The notes beneath the pieces are model-generated. The model was not told the DNA's origin. It was given only the letters and a program-made list of their open reading frames with translations, and made no database searches. A stretch of 59,792 nt of DNA, counting the filler, from Jimgerdemannia flammicorona (Eukaryota): assembly GCA_003990765.1 (NCBI GenBank). It is 3 parts of 3 records of this genome, joined end to end, with 100 filler letters (N's around TTAATTAATTAA, not from the genome) between each part and the next. Parts side by side here need not be neighbours in the genome. Positions count along the whole stretch, not along the records: positions 1 to 19,865 come from RBNJ01001825.1; positions 19,966 to 39,829 come from RBNJ01001826.1; 1 more part is not named here. One strand, 5' to 3'. Positions within the stretch are counted from its first letter, which is position 1; each line of letters starts with the position of its first letter. Below, piece after piece: positions 11,221 through 24,362 of the stretch. The position numbers and the translations under genes were made by a program.

Positions 11221-13771
11221 TCCTTAACCTGTACAACCATTAGTGCTGACCCTGGAACTTAGTAGTTTTAGTTATTGGAATTTATATTTAGCTTTATATC
11301 TTAGCAACTATTGAATTATATTTTGTATAAATACTCCTCTTATTTCCTCTGAAATAAAGTCAGTCTTCTCAGTACAATACATACAATCTCTTGCAAGCAA
11401 TCTAAGAGATAATAAGATAGTTAAAGATAAGAAGTTTGAGGACTATAAGATCTTAGGAAGGCACTCCAATAAGAACTTGCTTATAACAAAACTTGAGTTA
11501 GTCTAAGAGATATATCTTGAAGAGAATCTGGCATATTTGAAGAACTTAGCAACCACTATATAATAACTTAGTGCCCATTGGCTGGTGATTCAAGATGAAT
11601 TCCTCACTTTCAAGCTGAAAAATGAACAACCCCTACAATAACTACTCTGACTACAAGAGTCACCTCTGCAAGAATTCAAGATAAGATGGAAATGCATCCC
11701 CCCACATTCTATAGATATACTACTGAAGAGTCAATCCTGATCTTCATTAAAGACTTTGAACAATTTGCCGCTGTATGAGTCCTTAGTGTGGATGCTCAAT
11801 TGGCCCTTCTACAAGTCAGTCTCAGAGGACCTGTCAGAGATAAGTTCAATGCAGCCACCATTGCTGATGCTAATGCAGCCAAACTTGCCAACATGAAGGC
11901 CTTTCTCAGAACAACATATTATATCAAAGAGATCAAGCAAGCTCTCAAGGATCAACTCAATACTATCTGCCAGGGACTTAGTGAAGATCCCAACTCATTC
12001 TATATCTGAATCTACCACCAGATTGTCTTGGCTGACTATAATGACTGCCTCAAGGAACAAATAGCAGATTCAACTTTCCTCAAAGGAGTTCACCCTGAAA
12101 TTTCCCTAGCAATCTGGTCTACTCTAGCTACACTGACCCTTGATCAGAAAGTGGTCTTTGCACAGAGATATTGAACTGCCAGATACCCTGCCGAACACTC
12201 AATGGAGAAAATAACTGGCATCAAGATGGAGCCATCAAAGCCAACTAGTATCTTATCTGCCCCAGTTGTAAATAGACAACCAACCCCACCTACCCCCAAG
12301 ATAGCCAAAACTGACCCAGTGGAAGAACTTACCAAGCAGTTTGCTGAGATGACTGCACACCTTAGTGATGTTGTTAGAGAAGTCTGAAGTACCAACAGGA
12401 GACCAGTGCAGAGATTTGCAGCTGCTATAGAAGAATACAATATCACATACTTTAGATGTAGAGAAGAAGGCCACTATGCAAAGAATTGCATGACTGAAAC
12501 AAGACACAAAGCCCAACTAAGCAATGCTAGCAGAACTAGAGAACAAACCAATGCAGTAGTCATCGAGGAGATTAGTGACACTGATGATGAAGAATACTAT
12601 GAGGAGCTTGAATTCTTTCCTGCTACTGAAGATACCAGAACCCAGTCCAAGCCCTATGATAAGAAGAGCAACAGTAAGCTAGTTGGAAGACCAAAGAAGA
12701 CCCCAGCTGTCACTATTTAAAGCAAGACCCAACCTAAGGAGATTGATCAAGACATAGAGTTAGATGAAGCTGCCTACCAAATTATTGAAGGCACTACTCC
12801 AGTCTCAGGAGAAAGTGAAAGCAAGAAGGAACAGAAGCTATATAAGACCAAGATCCATCAGTATGATATCTACAAGGACCTCAAGGAACAGAAGGTCAAT
12901 GCTACTTTTGGACAACTAGCTGAAGTCCCTGCCTTCAGACAGCAGTTGAGAGTAGGACTTGCAACTACTGCCAATAATTAAGAGTACAAGATTGTAGAAG
13001 CTCACAATGCACAGGAAGAATCTGAGAACTCAGGTGAAGAATCCGAAGACCAGTGCAAGACATCAGCCTATATCCTATATCAGATTGAAGACTGTATCTT
13101 TGATACCATCATTGATACCAGTGCTGGAGGATATCTCATAAGCAAGAAGGCAATTGACCACCTAGGCTGAGATATTGAAGAGTCCACCAAGATGGTCTAT
13201 GTTACAGTAGATGGTATATGAGCTACCCCCCTTGGAAAAATCCAAGAAGTCCCCATCAAGATAGGAGGAGCTACTATCCCAGTAGATATGATTGTTACAA
13301 GTGCCACCAACTATGATATCCTCATTGGCAACCAATGGCTTCACAAGGCCAAGGCCATCATTGATCTCAATGCTCAGAAGATGCAGATCAACTATAGAGG
13401 AAGAAAGGTATGAGTCTCTATCAATGTCCACAAAGGAGTTCTACCAGACATGAAGGAAGGAGATGAAGAAGACACAGAGGTCTTCATGCACTCAGTGAAC
13501 AAGAACAAGAACAAGACACCCAAGCTCACAGATGAGCAGTGGTACAACAAGATCATCGATGGCTATGTCTCTTAAGGAAGATGCCCCCATAGTACTAGGA
13601 TATACTGCTCTGAACACCTGAATGACTACTGGTCCTGTATCAGTAAAGTCAGGAAAATCTGTCAATAGAAACATAAGCAAAAAGCTACCAAAACAAAAAG
13701 GAAAGCCAAAGAAGATGACCAGCCCCCAGAGCTCCAAGCTGACAGCAATGATGAGGAGAAACAAGAATCAG

Positions 13772-14193
13772 ACATCACCCTCAAGGTCAAGAAGTTTCAC
13801 CCCAAAGCTAAGATTCCAGAATATAAGACTGAAGGAGCTATAGAAATGGACCTTGCCAGCATTCAAGATGCTACCCTCAAACCACAGACCACCACCCTAC
13901 TTGGTACTGGAATTGGAGTCAAGCTACCAGAGAACCATGCCAGAATTATTAAGACTAGGAGCAGTCTGGCCAAAAGTAAAATCTCAGTTAAAGGAGGAGT
14001 AATTGACCCCAATTACACTGGTGAGATCTTCTTTATAGTCAGAAATCACAACCACACCACCCCCTTTGAAGTCAAGAAGCATGACAGGATTGACCAGATG
14101 CTGATCCACGAAATCAAGAAGCCCAAAATCATTGAAGCCATCAAACTCATCAAGACCAAGAGAGGAGAACAAGGCTTTGGATCTACTGGAAGA
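13772..14193 (+). CDS. dut: Trimeric dUTPase domain in pol, between PR and RT (lineage A)
   Basis: All five motifs: GAI(E/G)MDL, RSSL, GVIDP(N/D)YTGEI, DRI(D/G)QM, RGEQGFGSTG. Confidence 0.97.
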
Positions 14194-14449
14194 GGAGCCT
14201 ATGCCACTATTAAGATTACTGAATTCAAGCACAAGAAAGACAAGGACCAGAACAAGCACACATATACCATTGGAGAAAACTTTCCCCTGGAGGAACAACT
14301 TCTCAAAATCCTGCATCAGAATAAAGGAGTACTTGCTACAGACTTCAGGGATATCTATAATCAAGAACCCAAGTACTACCATGAAGTTGACACTGGTGAT
14401 ACTAAGCCTATCTACCAGAAAGTCAGACCCATACTGCCTGTCTACAGAG

Positions 14450-16946
14450 AGTGGCTATGAGCAGAGCTCAAGGAAATAGAAGAAGCCAGGATCATCAAGT
14501 AAGCTATCAGCCCCTGGGCCTCACCCATTATTCTTACTCTGAAGAAAGGAAGCAAGCCAGGAGAGTTTGTGCCAAGACTCTGCATCAACTACAGGAAGCT
14601 CAATGCTATTACTAAGAAGGATAGACAGCTCTTGCCAAATATTCAAGAAATCCTTACCACTCTTAGAAGTGAAGCCAAATACTACACCACCTTGGATCTG
14701 TTCTCAGGCTTCTATCAGATTGGCCTCACTCAAGATGCCAGTGAGAAATCAGCCTTCATCACACCTGACACCACCTATATCTACCTACAAATACCATTTA
14801 GAATATGCAATGTCCCAGTAAGTTTTCAGCAAATGATGAATAGAGTTTTCAGCAATGAGATTGGAAAGTGGCTCTTTGTCTATGTTGATGATGTGATCAT
14901 CTTCAGCAATACTGTACAGGAACATATCAATCACATACAGCTAGCCCTCAAGAAGCTCAAGGAGTATGGCCTCTACATTAAGCTCAAAAAATGCAAGTTT
15001 GCAGCTCAAGAAATCACCTACCTAGGACACCTCATCAACCAGACTGGAATCCACACAGATCCCATAAAGATCAAGGCTGTTGCAGCCTACCCAAGATCCA
15101 AAACAACTACAGAAGTCTATGCCTTCCTTGGACTGGCCAGCTACTATAGAAGATTCATCAAAGAATACTCCAACATTGCAGCACCTATCTACAAGCTACT
15201 GAAGAAGGAGACCAAATTTGAATGGACCAAAGAGTGCCAAGAAATCTTCAATGAACTCAAGACCAGGTTGACCCAAGCACCTATCCTCAGAAGACCAGAC
15301 TGGAACTTAGAATTCATCCTGCAGACAGACGTGAGTACTATAGGACTTGGAGCAGTCCTAGCTCAGAAGAAAGATAGATATGAATATGTCATCTTCTATA
15401 TAAGCCAAGGTACCTGCAGAGCAGAACAGAACTACAAGTCATACAAGCTCAAATACTTAGCAGTAGTTTGAGCAGTAGATAAGTTCCACTACTATCTAGC
15501 TGGGAAATACTTTACTATTCAAACAGACCACTCTGCTCTTACCTGACTATTCCACACTCTGAACCCCAAAGGAATATATGTCAGATGGATCTACAGGCTA
15601 CAAGAGTATGACTGTACTATCAAGCACCACTCAGGAAAGACCAATACCAATGCCAATATACTCTCAAGGATACCCCAAAACACCCCATCAAGACTATTCA
15701 ACATAAATAAGGAGCTATATAATAGATTAATCAGCTACCTTGGGCAGCGGAAGATGCTCAACCACCTTGAACCTTGGACAATCAACATCATTAACTGGAC
15801 TTGGAAACAGTTTGAACTAGACAACACTATACTCAGAAAAGGAGGAAAGCTAGTAATATCCGAACACAAGAAGTATCAAGTAATGAAGAAAGTATATGAG
15901 CAAGGATACTTAGGAGGAACCAATACATATGATAAGGTAAGAAGAATCATATGGTGGCTCAAGATGGAAGAAGACCTGCACAAATTTGTCAAAGGGTGTG
16001 ACAAGTACCAAAAACAGAAACAAGATCAGTAAGACCAGACACCTGGTTTATCAAGAATTAAGCCTATCCCCTTCCACCACATCACAATGGATATCATTGG
16101 ACCATTACCAGTAACACTATCAGGAAACCACTATATTATAGTTATTGTAGACCTCTTTACTAAATAGATAGAGGCAGGAGCATTATAAGAAGCCAATGCC
16201 CTCTCTATAGTCGACTTCCTGTACTGAGAAATCATCTGCCGCTACAAGACATCAAAGTAAATCACAACAGACCATGGAACAGAATTTATCAATGGATTCT
16301 ATGAGATAATATATCAGAAATACAAGATCTAGCACATCAAGACCCCACATACTATCCTCAAGGAAATGGACAGACAGAGAGAACCAATAAGACCCTTAAG
16401 AACATCCTAGCGAAGATCTCAGAGATATATGAGAATTGGGATAACTATCTCCCAACTGCCCTCTCTGTCCTATGAGATATATAGTCACAGAGCACACACT
16501 TTACTCCAAGAGAGCTGCTCTTCGGAGAAGAATCTGATGGAACCTCAGCCATGAATCTAGACCTAACTTAGAGATGGGTTGATGCAGAAATCCAGCAACT
16601 ATACCAAATCAGGAAGAAGGCTGAAGATTACATCACCAAGTCACAAGCACTGATAAGAAAGAATGCGGAAAAGAATCACAAGGCCCTAGAACCCATCCAA
16701 ATCAGAGAAAAAGTTCTACTGTATTGAAATATGGTAGAAGTCTCATGATTGCGAAAACTAGAGCTCAAATGGAAAGGACCCTTCTATATGCAAGATATCA
16801 AGAGAACCACCTTTTGGCTTAGAAAAATCTCAGGGACCATACTGCCTACTATAGTACATAGGAACAGACTCAAGAAGTACCACAAACCTATACAAGAGAA
16901 GTAAAATATGATGACCACCTATGAGGTTCTAGTCTGCGAATCATAA
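14450..16946 (+). pseudogene. RT-RNase H-integrase of lineage A
   Basis: SPWASP, RLCINYRKLN, LDLFSGFYQI, YVDD, FLGLASYYRRFI, TDHSAL, MDIIGPLP, TDHGTEF, KWKGPF; multiple nonsense transitions. Confidence 0.95.
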
Positions 16947-17501
16947 TAGTATATCCTGTGACCAGCAGGCTATCTGTCTGGACCATTCTCTAAGGGATAT
17001 GATACTGGCAACTACTCATCTATAAGACTTTCAAAGTCAGAGAAGTTCAAACCATCAACTAATTGGTCAAGATCAGAATCAGGCCCTTGCTCTATATAAA
17101 GAGAGTGATCCTTCACCATCATGCCAAAATACAAAGAGAAGATGCCAGTCCATAAATACTACTTTTCGACCCCTTGCCAGAGGTTATGGGATTAGCAAAT
17201 TTTTTAGGACTGGACCAATGAATAAGGATGCTCAGGAAGATCCTTATTCAGGAGGAAGATGTAATGGTGACTCCAGAATGATGATATCAGCACAGAAGAC
17301 AGCCTTTCCTTACAAGCCACTAGATCAGAACACAAGAAGATCATACAGCATATGAGATGAGTAATGATGACCAACTGTGAGTCATTGTAACCACAGTATA
17401 AGCATTCTGAAGAATATAAAAGAAGGATCAAGGAACCACAGTAGCAGTAACCAACAAGAACCACCAATCCCAAATTAGCTCAAAGACTTACCATAAATGA
17501 A

Positions 17502-18317
17502 ATGCCTGCTGCCTACTAAACCTCAAGATCAAGAAACCACCAAGATATCTCAGTTGAAGAAAGGATGTTCCAAGACATCAGAAGAGCCATGAGAACCTGC
17601 TCAAGAAGGACTCCTAGTGTCAACCTGAGTACTGCAGACCTCTATCACTTTATTCTCTACCACCATGAAATGGAAACAAGGATCACCATTGCTACTGAAT
17701 GCCTCCAAATGTAGTAGGAGTACGAAATAGGAAATCTCCTCTGCTGGGAGTTCCCACAGACCAGCCCTCAAGAGCTACAAGATGCCACTCCCATAGATAT
17801 ATGCGAGACAAGAATGGCCAAGAAGATCCATCAGATCTTTAGACATGCACCATGGTCAATCCCCAACTTAGAGTATGTTAGAGTCTCAGACTTCAGAGAT
17901 CTGTCATCCTGCCATATCAATGCACTAGAAGCCAGGGTGACCACAGAAGCTCAGTTCACTATCACCCTCAACAGTGATGAAGTAGAAGACTTCTGGCATC
18001 CTATCCTTCAGGACAACCCAGACCAATTCCTACAAAGATTGATCTCAGTATTCCAAGGCCCAAGCATCTAGGTTAGACCTCCCCAAGACCCCACATTTGT
18101 CCCTTATTTTGTAGAAGAGAACCTCATAGACTGGAGAGCCTCAGACCTCCTCCTTACCACCGAATGTAATGACATCATCGGCAATGATGTCATCCCACAT
18201 AATATCAAAGTATGCAAAATGTGCGACCTATATGATGAATTCGCAGATCTCATCTCCTTCAGTAATGATAATGATGATGATGATGAAGCCCCCATGGTCC
18301 TGAACTTTCTACTCTAA
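17502..18317 (+). pseudogene. LTR-encoded accessory ORF, 3' LTR copy (272 codons, no frameshift)
   Basis: Single frame from ATG 17502 to TAA 18315-17. Internal stops are TAA/TAG where other copies have CAA/CAG/TGG. Confidence 0.8.
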
Positions 18318-19125
18318 GTTCTTTATTATACTGAATAATGCCAGCACTGGTATTTTGATATAACACTGGATAATTTCAGCACTGGTATTCTGAGGTGACA
18401 TGAAATTGTTCTAGCACCGGTATTCTGATATGATACTAAATTATACCAGTATCCTTAACCTATACAACCATCAGTACCGACCTTAGAACTTAGTAGTTTT
18501 AGTTATTGGAATTTATATTTAGCTTTATATCTTAGCAATCATTGAATTATATTTTGTATAAATACTCCTCTTATTTCCTCTGAAATAAAGTCAGTCTTCT
18601 CAGTGTAATATACACAATCTCTTGCAAGTAATCTAAGAGATAACAAGACAGTTAAAGATAAGAAGTTTGAGGACTATAAGACCTTGGAAAGGTACTCCAA
18701 TAAGAACTTACTTATAATAAAACTTGAGTTAGTCTAAGAGATATACCTTGAAGAGAATCTGGCATATTTGAAGGACTCAGTGACTACTACATAACAATAG
18801 GAATGTTCAATATCTGAAGTGTGTGAATAGCCACTAACATTATTATCTCTGTTCTTTTATTCTTTTGTCATCATCTCCAACATCTCCTTTCTCACAGTAT
18901 TTGTCTTACTGCTATGATCTGTTATCTGATGGACTTTGGGCTTGAGCATGTGATGCAACTGACTATGCTTCTCTCAAGATTTACTGCATCAGACCAACTA
19001 TGCTAAGCATGGTAGCCTCTTCTAGACAAGATAGATATGAGACCACTAGTATTCTATAAATATATCTCTGATGAGTCAATTATTATCTTTCTTGATAATT
19101 TTGAGCAATATATTATAGTAAGGAC

Positions 19126-19384
19126 TAGTACTCTTAATGAATCAAATCAAAGGTCCAATTTGATTTAATTTAAATTGAATCAAAGATTAATTCAATTCAA
19201 TTTTAATTCAAACTCTATTTTTCAAAATGTAATAATTTGATGAAAATATGTCTAAATTTAACAATCTTTAGCTTATTAAATTTAAATATATTTTCATTGA
19301 GTTATTATATTTCAAAAAATAGGATTCAAATTGGACCCTCAATTTGATTTAATTCAAATTGATTTAATTTATTTAAGAGTACTA
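19126..19384. mobile_element. hAT-type MITE
   Basis: Termini TAGTACTCTTAA...TTAAGAGTACTA; 8-bp TSD GTAAGGAC/GTAAGAAC; internal inverted symmetry. Confidence 0.85.
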
Positions 19385-19865
19385 GTAAGAACTCTATTAT
19401 CTATATAGTAAGTAGCTCTTATATCATTCAGTCTCTAAGGACCTATCTCTTAGATAGTATATAGGAATATCTTTTTAGTAGTGATTTTTTCAAGTTTATA
19501 TTTTCTGTTTTTTTTTTTGATAAAATTTTACCCAAAGATAAAAAAAAATATAAAAAATCAATAGTTAAAATATTTTTATAATTTTCAGACTTATGAATTT
19601 TTAAAAATTTATAGCCAAATTTGGCTGCATTATTATCTAAGAGATAAAAGCTATATTCACAGTTATGAATTATATTAGAAATGATGATACTGCAATACAG
19701 TATGTTCCAAAACTGAACCAATGTTTTATTAAATTTTATATTTTAATTATTTAAATAAAAATACTCTAAATAAATATATTTTATATTATAATATATTATA
19801 GTTTTATATTAGAGATATTTAAAAATATTAAATTTATTATTTTAAAATTTTTATTTTATCTTTAA

Positions 19866-19965
19866 NNNNNNNNNNNNNNNNNNNNNNNNNNNNNNNNNNN
19901 NNNNNNNNNTTAATTAATTAANNNNNNNNNNNNNNNNNNNNNNNNNNNNNNNNNNNNNNNNNNNN
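19866..19965. other. Artificial contig linker N44-TTAATTAATTAA-N44
   Basis: Six-frame stop linker, identical to the one at 39830-39929. Confidence 0.98.
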
Positions 19966-19983
19966 AAAAAAAAAAAAAAAAAA

Positions 19984-22900
19984 GCATTGGTAGTGGTTGG
20001 TTCAGCAACCATAGTCTTGGTCAGGCAGTTAATGAATATGATAATAGTATTAGTACCAGATTGAGTTCATGGTAGTTGAGTTATAAAGTCTATGGTAATT
20101 TTCTTGAACTTCTTAGTAGGAATTGACAGTGGTTATAGCAAACCAGTAGGTACTTAGTTGGTAGACTTGTTGTACTAATATAGATTACAGCTAGCAATAT
20201 AGTTCTTGATTTCCTTGACTATGTTTGGTCAATGGTAGTAGTGTTGGATGTTCTTGACAGTCTTCTCAATTCTCAGATGATTAGCAAAAGGGGAGTTATA
20301 GTGTTCTTATAAACCCCTATAGTATAAGTTCATGTTTTCAGATAGATAGACTTAATCTTAATAATAGATTAAATTATTCTCAACAGTATATATCCTTAAG
20401 CTTATTTGAGAAAACTCTAGTAGCAACTGTATCTTCTTTATAAGCTTGCCTGATTTGGTTTAGGAATTCTGATGCCAAGGTGACCTATATAATTGTGATA
20501 AGATCTGGGCATCTTAATATGATATCTGGTACTATAAGTATCTTGCCAGGCTTATAGATGATCATTGAATTGAAGGTTTGAAGCTTGAGGTTCTACTTAG
20601 CTTATAGACATGACAGAGTAGGTTGGATATTGATATACTTGAGGAATTGATAATCAGTGATAATATCAAACTCAATATCTTTTAGATAGTATCACTAGTA
20701 GTCTAATATATATATTATTGCCAGTAGTTCCTTCTTGTAAGTGGCTAGCTTTTGTTTAGCTGGGGCCAACTTGTGAGATTCAAAAGCAATAGGACAATGT
20801 CCTTTATTATCATCTTGTGACAGAACTGCTCCAATGGCAAAATTCAATACATTAGTAGTAACTGTGAATTTTAGGCCTTGATCTGCATTATGTAGAACTA
20901 GAGTATGGATCAGACAGTTCTTGAGTTCTTGAAAGACTTGTTAATAGAAGAGGTCCCAGGTATAGAGTATATAGTGGTCTGAGTACAGGGCCTTCCTCAT
21001 GAGGTTAGTCAGTGGCTTGGTAATACCAGAGAAGTTTCTGACAAAGTAGTAGTAGTAGCCAGCTAGACTAAGAAAGAATCAGAGTTCTGTGAGGTTTGAT
21101 GGAATGAGACATTCTTCAATTACTTCTATCTTATATAGGTCTACTTGAATTTCTTATGTAGAGACAATGTGACCAAGGTATTCAACTTATTCTTTGAAGA
21201 ATTCACACTTCTTGAGCTTAGCATAAAGCTTGTATTTTTGCAGGATCTCCAGGACTATTTAAATATATTTAAGGTGTTCTTCTTTAGTTGTACTAAAGAT
21301 CAGGATGTTATCAAGATATATCAATAGGAAAATAAATAGTTGGTTCTTAAATATCTTGTTCATCAGAGTCTGGAATGTGGTGGGTGCATTGGTGAGACCA
21401 AATGCTAAGATCAGGAATTCATAGAGTCTAAAGGGAGTTATGAATGCAGTCTTGGAAATGTCTTCTGGCTTGATTCAGATCTGGTGGTATCCTGACATAA
21501 GGTCTAACTTGATAAAGTACTTGGCATTCTTAAGAGTATCAAAGATTTTGATCAATCAAGGATAGTGAATAGTAGTTCTTAACAGTGAATTTGTTGAGTG
21601 TATGGTAGTCTATATATATTCACAGAGTACTATCCTTCTTCTTGATGAATAAGACTAGTGAGCCATAAGGAGATTTGCTTGGCTAGATAGCTTCTCATAC
21701 AAGTAGTTCTTCTAGTTCCTTCTTGACTGCTTCAATTTTGAGTGGTGATATGCAGTATATATATTTCTTAGATAGTATAGCTCCTAGGGTCAGTTCGATT
21801 TCATGATCAACTTCTCATGTAGGCAGTAGATTAGGTAGCTTGTCTAGAAAGACATCCTTGAATTATTCTAGCAGTAACTTGATGCTTTCATTGACTAATA
21901 GTCTCTTGTCTTATTTCTTAGAGCAGATCATTATAATAAAGGTATGTATTGCCTTCTTAAGTACTTTCTTATACTATATAGCTGACAGTATTGCAATCTG
22001 GGTCTTGCTCATAGTCTTGTCTGTCTTGATCATAATATTGGCTCCAACTTGAAGTAAAGTGACTTCATTCTTACACCAATCAATATCTGGATTGTGTTTT
22101 ATAAGCCAGAGTTTTCCTAAGATTAGGTCATGATCTCCTAGTAGTGCAATCTCAAAGTCTACTTATTCCCAATATTTCTGGATCTTGATGGGTAGTTTGG
22201 TGGCAATTGATTCAATGGGGTGCAGAGTACTGTCTGCAGTAACTATATTATTGTTCTTGAGTGCAGGCTTGGTGAGAATCTTGAGGCTTTTGATAATATT
22301 TTGATTGATGAAGTTCTCTGTAGCTCTGCTGTCTATAAGTACTTAAACTTCTTTCCCTTTGACTAAGTCTTTGAAAATGAGCATAGCTTGAGCTCAATTT
22401 TCACTAAGGCTTGCTGCTTGATCAGTGCTACCAAAACCCTTTTGATCTTATTTGGTTTCAGGGAGTTCTTGGACTTCTGTAATCTTGAGTTGACTGGCTT
22501 TTTCTAGGATCATTTGTATGACTTGGTATTCTTCTTTAACTATATAGTCTTAATTCTTCTGGTTGACAAGCAAGACTTGAACTTGTCCTTGAAAGTCTGA
22601 GTTAATGATACTAGTATCTACATCTAAATGATGTTTGATACTGAGTCCTAATCATGGTACAATTCTAGTATAATGTCCTTCAGAGCATTGAACTACAATT
22701 CCAGTAGGTACTAGAGTACAGCCCTTGACTGGAATAGTGACTTGTTTGACTGAGTGTAGGTCAAGACCAATGGCTCTTTCTATTTGATATTGAGGGATTT
22801 GGGTCTTCAGATGAAGCTTCTTGACCTTGAGCTCAAGTTGACTGGTGATAGGATTGATAGATATATCCTTGAACAACATGGTGACTGGTCTTGAGAGTTT

Positions 22901-24362
22901 ACTAGTTTTCCTAGGACATTTGGTTGCAATGTGTCCTGTTTGGTGACAGAAGAAACAGGCTCCAGATTTCTTCAGGCAGTTCTTTTCTTCAGAGGTGAGC
23001 TTGGTGTTCTTTTTGTTCATGGTATCTAAGTCCATTGGTACTGGGCCAACTGTTTTTGGTTGGTTTCTGTAGTGGTTCTCAAAGTGGTTCTTCTTGTGGT
23101 ATTCTGATTCAAAGCAGTTGTCAAAGGTGATAATATCAAATCTATTGACAATTCTCATGGCTTCATCCAGAGTTTTGAGCTCTTCTAGCTCGACCTTGAC
23201 TTATGTATTTCCCTTCAGACCTCAGACATAGCAGTCTATCTTTTCATCCTCAGATACTGCTAGTAGCTCAAGTAGGATTGACAAGAATTGTATATTGTAG
23301 CTTTGCACAGACTTGAGTTGCTTAATGTTTGCTAGCTTGTCCCTGACTAGCTTGGTGGTATTAGCAGACTTGAACTGCTTGTAAAGGGCTCTCTTGAAAG
23401 CTTCTCAATCTCTGATTTATATATATAAGTGTACAGATGTAACCATTATATAATTGTACTACCAGATGGCTGTATTTTCTTAAAGGAGTGTAGTGGTAAA
23501 TTGGACTTACATATCATCTTCCATTCTTGTGAGTTTGAAGTATTAGTCTAATTGGAAGGTCTATATATCTGTAGATAGTCCCCCTCAATGGCTGTCAAAG
23601 GTATCTGGCTTAAGTGGCTTGAAACTGACTAGTGCTATAGCAGAATGTGATATACTTGTATTTTGTATTTTCTGCTATTCTAGTTGTATTTAAAGCTCTT
23701 AGATTTGGTGGGCCATAGTATTGATTATATCCTCTATTCTGAGTTGCTGTCTTTTTACTTCTTCTATAGCAGAGGGGTCTGGCTAATAGACTGACTCTTT
23801 GCAGCTCATTTCAGGTTTGTATGACTATTTGTAACTAGTTTCTGAATTTGTATGAGGTTTCTTAATAAGGTAAGGTATAATGATACTGCTGCTACCAAGT
23901 GTAACAGTTCTAGTTTTTTTAAGAGGAAGTAGCTAAATCTGGAAGTTCTAGTTGGCCTAAAGTAGCTTGAAGAGATACTTAAAGGTTCAAGTGTTCTTAA
24001 AGGATTTCTGGGAGAAAATATTCTGAGCTTTATTCAGATAGAGAATAAGGATATTTATATATAATCTGAAAAAAAGATCTAGAAGGATCTTAGAAAGAAA
24101 GAGAAATGCTAAGAAATAGGTTCTCAGCAAAGCTGACTAATACTATTCTACAATGTTCTGAAAGATTCCATAACTAGCTAAGATAAGATACTTGATACCA
24201 AGAAAAGATAAGAATATTCTAGTAGTGTCTAGGTGCTGAGAGAAGGTTCTAAGCAAGTAGAAGGTGGTAGAAAATAGTAGAATATTCAAGAAATGACAAG
24301 AAAAGACTAACTAAAAGATGTGAAAATATACTAAGACTAAATATAACTGTGAAATTGTTACA
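19984..24362 (-). mobile_element. Gypsy lineage D (5' LTR-gag-dUTPase-PR-RT-RH-IN, 3' end lost at contig edge)
   Basis: LTR 23900-24362 (TGTAAC...GTTACA); PBS TGGTAGCAGCAG (initiator-Met-like); PVPMDLD, CFFCHQTGHIATKC, dUTPase, LIDS(R/G)AT, YLD(N/D), IN IDFITQLP. Confidence 0.92.
22420..22835 (-). pseudogene. dut: dUTPase domain between NC zinc knuckle and protease (lineage D)
   Basis: LKVKKLH...AIGLDL...LVPTGI...IINSDFQGQV...QKGFGSTD, immediately followed by the PR motif LIDS. Confidence 0.9.

Larger units (their letters stand above)
10035..18796 (+). mobile_element. Full-length degenerate Ty3/gypsy element, lineage A (LTR-gag-PR-dUTPase-RT-RH-IN-LTR), 8762 bp
   Basis: LTRs 10035-11565 and 17260-18796; 4-bp TSD ATAG (10031-34, 18797-800); PBS-like T(G/A)GTGCCCATTGGCTGG near 11569; PPT AGGAGGAAGA 17250-59. 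Motifs: CCHC knuckle ~12447, IIDT(S/G)AG ~13107, YVDD 14881, RH LQTD, IN GPF ~16776. No chromodomain seen. Confidence 0.97.

Noticed and set aside
19910..19921. TTAATTAATTAA as a piggyBac TSD or regulatory motif
   Set aside because: Synthetic linker embedded in Ns.
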